Below are positions 57,568-64,000 of a DNA stretch of 64,000 nucleotides, in pieces. A program made the translations under genes and the position numbers. Origin of the DNA: Eledone cirrhosa (lineage: Eukaryota); assembly GCA_964016885.1 (NCBI GenBank), contig OZ024749.1:33356001-33420000 (forward strand), given 5' to 3'. A model generated the notes under the pieces. The model was not told where the DNA came from. It worked only from the letters and a program-made list of their open reading frames with translations, and made no database searches. Position 1 is the first letter of the stretch. Every line of letters starts with the position of its first letter.

Positions 57568-58090
57568 TACGTGATCTTTATGCAGAGGACTGTGACATTG
57601 TTAGCCACACGAAAGGAGACCTTTAACGTCTGATGAATTGCTTCTTGGCAGCTCGAACTGAGTTTGGTCTGACAATCAGCCTGAAAAAGTCAGAGGCGAT
57701 ATACCAACATGCAACCGGAAAGCCATATATTCCACCATCTATATCTGTGAAATGGAAAATATTGAAGCTTATGGCTTAGTTCGTTTATCTAGGTAGCACA
57801 CTCACCAGAACCAGCACCCTTGATGAAGAGGTAAGCTATGGGCTGTCTAAAGCTTCCGATGCTTTTGATTAGCTGGAGAAGCGCCCGTGGTTATAGTCAG
57901 ATATCCCTGTGTGCATGAAAGATGAAGGGTATCAAGCATGTGTATATACAGCCTTGTTGTGTGGATGTAAGACATGGACAACATACTGTGGGCATATCTA
58001 GCGGCTCAAAAGTTTCCACCAACAATGCTTGTGCTCCATCTTCAAGATCTCATGGAGTTCTCATACGCAGACACTGATGTGCTGTAGCCG
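57568..58090 (+). pseudogene. RTE/BovB-clade reverse transcriptase fragment
   Basis: LYAEDC..FGLTISLKKSE..FVYLGSTL..LDEEVSYGLSKASDAF..TWTTY..FHQQCLCSIFKISW, with several stops. Confidence 0.9.
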
Positions 58091-58094
58091 GCCT

Positions 58095-58731
58095 GTCTGC
58101 TAAGCGTTTTTACCTAGCTCATATCTTTGGCGGAGCTGCAGTCCTAGATCAAGCGAAGACCGAATGAGAGCGTTTGGAAACTGGAATGTCTTCAAGAATT
58201 CACAGCCTTCTGCCAATCAGACAGAACAATCGGTGGAACGTAACCTCAGCCGAACGTATCAAAGATGCGTGCAGAGCGACGAAACCGTCCTACATGCACT
58301 CATCAAGTGTCCAAGTATTGCAGGTTTGACTTGAAGAGGAAAATCAAGGTGGAAAGGAAAGGGAAGTGTTATTTTCCAACCAGTTTCATGAAAGGCAATA
58401 AGAGTGGTGAGCATACCCCTGTGGATATGAGGAGGACAACTGAGAGAGGGCACCCAGCGATTAGGATGACTGTGGATTTCTCTTGGCTTTCGCTACGTTT
58501 GACCCTCATAGGTCTCCCCCCTATTGAGGATTTTGTTTTTGTTTGTTTGATTTGAAATGTCTATTTTTTTAGTCTTTCTTATAACCTTTTTTACACACAA
58601 AACCTGCATCGTCTTGAGCCGCCATACATCGTCCTGTGCCTCCATGTGTTGTCTTGAGCCGCCATGTATCGTCCTGAGCCGTCATTATTGTTTTCTTAAT
58701 GTGAACACTGTGTGGTTAATAAACAAATCCT
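58095..58731 (+). mobile_element. Tx1/L1-like LINE 3' end
   Basis: Zinc knuckle remnant RCVQSDETVLHALIKCPSI, FDLKRKIKVER, and a UTR ending GTGGTTAATAAAC before (CTA)n. Confidence 0.7.
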
Positions 58732-58792
<61 letters not shown>

Positions 58793-58829
58793 GCTACTAC
58801 TACTACTACTGTTGTTGTTGTTTTCATCA

Positions 58830-59612
58830 TAATCGTCGTTGCTGTTGTTGGTGTTATTGCTGTCGTTGCTCTTGTTATTGTAGTTATAGCTGTTGTTGTA
58901 GTTATAGCTGCTGTTATTGTAGTTATAGCTGTTGTTGTAGTTATAGCTGTCGTTGTTGTAGTTATAGCTGCTGTTGTTGTAGTTATAGCTGTTGTTGTTG
59001 TTATAGCTGTTGTTGTTGTAGTTATAGCTGTTGTTGTAGCTATAGCTGCTGTTGTTGTAGTTATAGCTGTTGTTGTTGTAGTTATAGCTGTTGTTGTTGT
59101 TATAGCTGCTGTTGTTGTAGTTATAGCTGTTGTTGTTGTTATAGCTGTTGTTGTTGTAGTTATAGCTGTTGTTGTAGTTATAGCTGTTGTTGTTGTAGTT
59201 ATAGCTGTTGTTATTGTAGTTATAGCTGTTGTTGTAGTTATAGCTGCTGTTATTGTAGTTATAGCTGTTGTTGTAGTTATAGCTGTCGTTGTTGTAGTTA
59301 TAGCTGCTGTTGTTGTAGTTATAGCTGTTGTTGTAGTTATAGCTGTTGTTGTAGTTATAGCTGCTGTTGTTGTAGTTATAGCTGTTGTTGTTGTTATAGC
59401 TGTTGTTGTTGTAGTTATAGCTGCTGTTGTTGTAGTTATAGCTGTTGTTGTTGTTATAGCTGTTGTTGTTGTAGTTATAGCTGTTGTTGTAGTTATAGCT
59501 GCTGTTGTTGTAGTTATAGCTGTTGTTGTAGTTATAGCTGTTGTTGTTGTTATAGCTGCTGTTGTTGTAGTTATAGCTGTTGTTGTTGTAGTTATAGCTG
59601 TTGTTGTAGTTT
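58830..59612. repeat. 18/21-bp minisatellite GTTATAGCT(GCT/GTT)nGTA
   Basis: Read directly. Confidence 0.95.
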
Positions 59613-59908
59613 AAAAACGCTGTTTAAAGCCAAGACTGCAGGTGTATATGGATGAGATAAGAGAGCAGATAGTTAATATCTTCATAAAGTCTTGGAGAGA
59701 TGGAAATCTTGATGGCGTAATCACCGGATGCCAATTGAAATCTTTGGAAAGTCTTCCTAAATCCCTCTGGTCACGTGGGAGATTTTTCCTTCTACTTCTT
59801 GCTTAACAGAGATAGGAGGAAAAAAGAAATAGGAAAGAAAGAGCGCTGTTGTACGCGCGTGTGTGTGTGTGTGTGTGTGTGTGCGTGTGTGTGTGTGTGT
59901 GTGCGTGC

Positions 59909-59943
<35 letters not shown>

Positions 59944-60174
59944 CGTGCGTGTGTGTGAGTGTGTGTGTGTGTCTGTGTGTATGTGTGTGTGTATAAATAT
60001 GAAAAATAGTTATATATTTACATATATGAATGTACAGGTATGTATATGTGTGTGGTCATATATATATATACATATATATATATACTCGTATATATATATA
60101 TATATATATATACACACAGAGGTAAATAATAGGTATATATTTACAAAAACGAATGTTGTATAGGCATGTACGTG

Positions 60175-60246
<72 letters not shown>

Positions 60247-60330
60247 TGCGTGTTTGTGTGTGTGGACACATGCATATATAGTATTCGTATCATTTTATAC
60301 ACACACATATATGTATATTAACAGAGAGAG

Positions 60331-60372
<42 letters not shown>

Positions 60373-60728
60373 CGAGACATTTGTGTTTCATTAAATATTT
60401 CAGAAACAGTTTATAAATTTTAATTACTGAACGTATTAACAAAATAATATTTTTTTCCTTATTTAGCATAAAAGCCTGCTTTTAAAAGACTGAGTTCCTT
60501 CCATCTGACACCAAATGGCGATTGGTAGGAATGTTTCCAGACTTGAGAAGTAATTGCACTTATATGAAATAGGGAGTTAATTGACTATCAAAGACATTTA
60601 ATTAAAATATATATATTTTGTGTTGTTCACTTCCTAATTAAATATATATATATATAAACCTCGAGTTTCTAAGGATCACTCCTATTTCACATGTTTTTCC
60701 CCGATAGTCAATTAACTCCCAATTTTGC

Positions 60729-60811
60729 AATCCACACCTGACGATGTCGCCAAAATCTTACATTATGAACGGATAATGTAATTAGGCCATCGAAATACGT
60801 ATAGTGGGTTT
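60729..60811 (+). ncRNA. Type-I hammerhead candidate with long stem II
   Basis: cac-CTGACGA-tg..gcc..ttacattat/ataatgtaa..ggc.ca-GAAA-TACGTA-TA-gtg; an upstream segment is inverted at 60570-60589. Confidence 0.68.
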
Positions 60812-60869
60812 GACGAGGGGCATCTGGAGCATTTAGAATTACCCAGAATACTGATCATCAACGAATAAA

Positions 60870-61640
60870 AAGAGTGTGCCTTGCAGTTAATTCGGATCAA
60901 ATGACATTTAAAGAAAGTCAGAACATAAAATGTCGTAACTAAATATTGCAAAAATGTCTGACGCTCTACTGATCCAGCCAATCTACAACCCTCTACTACT
61001 AATTAATATCCATTTCTAATTTAGGCACAACGCTAGGTATTTGTGGGGAGAAGGAAATCGATTAAACAACCAGAGTATGTGATTGGGAATTTATTTGATC
61101 GATCACGGATAGATGATACACAAAGTTGACATCGTCGGGTTTTCAACTCAGAACATAGAAAGCCGAAACTAAATACCGCATAGCATTCTGTCCGAAGCTC
61201 TACCGATTCTGCCAATCCACTGCCCTCTACTGTTAATTAATAATTGTTTCTACTTTTGGCACAAGGCCAGCAATTACCCTAGTGCATTACTGGTACTTTA
61301 TTTTATCAACCCCGTAAGGATGAAAGACAAAGCTAACCTCGGCGGGATTTGAACTCAGAACGTAAATGGCCATAACTAAATACTGCAAGGCTGATTGTCG
61401 GACGCTCTACCGATTCTGCCAATCTACCGCCCGAAAAATAATGGCACAAGGCCAGCAATTTTTGGGGAGGGGAAAGTCAATTAAATTTACCCCTGTACGT
61501 TACTGGTATTTTATTTATCGACCCAGTAAGATTGAAAGGCAAAGCTAACCTCGGCGGGATTTGAACTCAGAACGTAAAGGGCCATAACTCTATGCTGCAA
61601 AGCATGGCGTCTGACGCTCTACCGATACTGCCAATCTACC
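60870..61640 (-). mobile_element. Four tandem SINE family 1 copies of differing divergence
   Basis: Heads end at ~60985, 61225, 61432 and 61640. Confidence 0.85.
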
Positions 61641-62058
61641 AGCATACTACTAATTGATAATAAAAATTGTAGAGAAACACCACCATATTTTATGTACAAT
61701 TATAATAGTTGGAGTGTGAGATATGAAAATTTAATCCTATTTTCAGCTCGCATGTAAATTCCAGCAGCTGTTGCTTCTTAATTCTCCTTCGTCCATTAAA
61801 AGTTTCTTTAATAAAGGAATCCCACCAACTTATAATAATTACCTCCCTTATTAGAGAATTAGCAATAACCGCTTATATTATATTATCATCTCATCTCAAT
61901 GCGAATCGAATACCAAAAACCGATACTCACTTCCAAGTGTATGTGTGTGTGTGTGTGAGTCAGTATGAGTATGAGTGTGCATGTTGCGATGTATATATAT
62001 ACACACACATCTATATATCGAGAGATATGGACTTTAAATGGTGTATACATTCATTCAT

Positions 62059-62163
<105 letters not shown>

Positions 62164-62171
62164 GATATATA

Positions 62172-62338
62172 TATAAAACAAAGGAATTGTGGTAAGGAAC
62201 CAGATGGACCATAATGCACCGGAGTACTCAATACTTAGGGTAGTAGAGTGGGAAATAGGAAAAAGTATGACCCCGACGGCAGAGCTCAAGCCGTTTCGAC
62301 GGAACGGCTTGAGCTCTGCCGTCGGGGTCATACTTTTT

Positions 62339-62343
<5 letters not shown>
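62172..62343 (-). mobile_element. PLE-like terminal remnant with hammerhead 3' half and a 41-bp perfect fold-back
   Basis: Minus strand GAAA-CGGC..GCCG-TC; arms 62255-62295 and 62303-62343; a stub of the same family at 63638-63672. Confidence 0.72.
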
Positions 62344-62385
<42 letters not shown>

Positions 62386-62761
62386 GAAAATTATGAAAAT
62401 GGCACTTTTCTGCTGATCATTTTATTCCTCAACAATTAAATGTTCAACTCTCACATATTGATACCTATACACATACGTATACACACACATCTGCACGCAT
62501 ATTCACATATTCACGCAGATAGCAACACATATATGCAAATACACACACATACATATGGACACATATAAAAACACATACACACGCATACACACACACACAC
62601 ACATATGCAAATACACACATATATACACATATATATTGAAATGTGGAGAGTTTACTACGTCGACGTTGAAATGTAAAGCGGAACGTTCAATAACTAGAAG
62701 GAGATCAAGGATCTCTCAGATTTTAATGACTATACAATATGCACTACTACTACTACTGCTG

Positions 62762-62825
<64 letters not shown>

Positions 62826-62866
62826 TACTACTTCTACTACTACTACACACAAACACACAAACACAC

Positions 62867-62909
<43 letters not shown>

Positions 62910-62924
62910 TATATGTACGTGTGT

Positions 62925-63293
62925 GTAATGGTAGCTATGGTGCTTCCATAGCCCGTATGCAAAAATTAGCACTCAATATTCATACAGAGCAGAGTGTGAA
63001 TAGTATAACAAAACGAAAAATCAGTGATGCATCTGGACTCAGTCAGTTTATTGCGTGTTACAATTGTTTCGCCGGCAGGTAGCTCGAGACATGATCACTG
63101 TATGGATCTGGCTGATTCTACGGCTGCAGGTTCCTTCGAACACATGCAATTCGTTCGGAGCAAATTTTCTCACCTGCAGACGTAGAATCAGCCAGATCCA
63201 TACAGTGATCATGTCTCGAGCTACCTGCCGGCGAAACAATTGTAACACGCAATAAACTGAGTCCAGATGCATCACTGATTTTTCGTTTTGTTA

Positions 63294-63299
<6 letters not shown>
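62925..63299. mobile_element. PLE-like remnant forming a ~130-bp-arm hairpin, each arm with a core-deleted hammerhead
   Basis: Arms 63000-63131 and 63172-63299; catgt-CTCGA-gct/ggc-GAAA-CAATTG-TA-acacg at 63210-63249. Confidence 0.75.
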
Positions 63300-63360
<61 letters not shown>

Positions 63361-63362
<2 letters not shown>

Positions 63363-63557
63363 CCGCCCGTCCCTTCAATCTATCTTATTTCTCATTCTTT
63401 CTTCTGGTGAAGGACTAGCGTCCGAAACGCTCAGACCCGCTTCCTGCTATTTCAAGCGTTAACCTAATATAATCCTTCCATGTACTGTACCGATTGTGTT
63501 GTTATTTCTGTTTACCTTTATACATATACGGATGGCTAGAATAGGTAAAAGAGTAAA

Positions 63558-63560
<3 letters not shown>
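63361..63560 (+). mobile_element. PLE-like terminal remnant with decayed hammerhead (63400-63435)
   Basis: tctt-CTGGTGA-a-ggac/gtcc-GAAA-CGCTC-aga; (TA)n on both sides. Confidence 0.62.
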
Positions 63561-63639
<79 letters not shown>

Positions 63640-63811
63640 CGAAGGAAATGTGGTAAGGAACCAGATGGACCATATATATATATATATACATTTATATATG
63701 AATACATTGTTATACTTGGGGAGGGTCATATTTGCGTAATATTGCCAGAATTAATAACAGAACACACTCACTGTTTGGTTGGTTTTCGCTTCTCGCTGTC
63801 TTTTATATCTG

Positions 63812-63876
<65 letters not shown>

Positions 63877-63877
63877 A

Positions 63878-63914
<37 letters not shown>

Positions 63915-63915
63915 A

Positions 63916-64000
<85 letters not shown>

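Noticed and set aside
58712-59614. 300-aa Val/Ile/Ala membrane-like ORF
   Set aside because: 18/21-bp minisatellite.

Overview
Eukaryotic, extremely microsatellite-rich, non-genic window with no host exon I can support. The SINE and simple-repeat landscape suggests an octopus/coleoid cephalopod genome (inference). Almost all supplied ORFs are read-throughs of (TA)n, (CA)n, (TATG)n or trinucleotide tracts. Supported content: (1) one near-intact 1.26-kb Tc1/mariner element with a DD36E transposase (Incomer type) and a premature C-terminal stop, plus a decayed mariner; (2) three hAT MITEs, and a Merlin-like MITE nested in a Helitron-like element; (3) about 25 copies or fragments of one tRNA-derived SINE and a few of a second; (4) 3' fragments of R4/Dong, CRE, RTE, Tx1 and CR1-like LINEs; (5) bipartite non-autonomous RTE elements with a covarying structured 5' end; (6) several young tandem arrays. 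The most striking hidden signal is about 15 minimal type-I hammerhead ribozyme motifs. Five have a complete CUGANGA/GAAA/UH core and a pairable stem I; the rest are decayed or partial. They lie in short Penelope-like terminal-repeat remnants in (TA)n tracts, often with fold-back inverted copies and a shared TATTGAGTAC motif. All folds and translations were done by eye and are not validated by computation.
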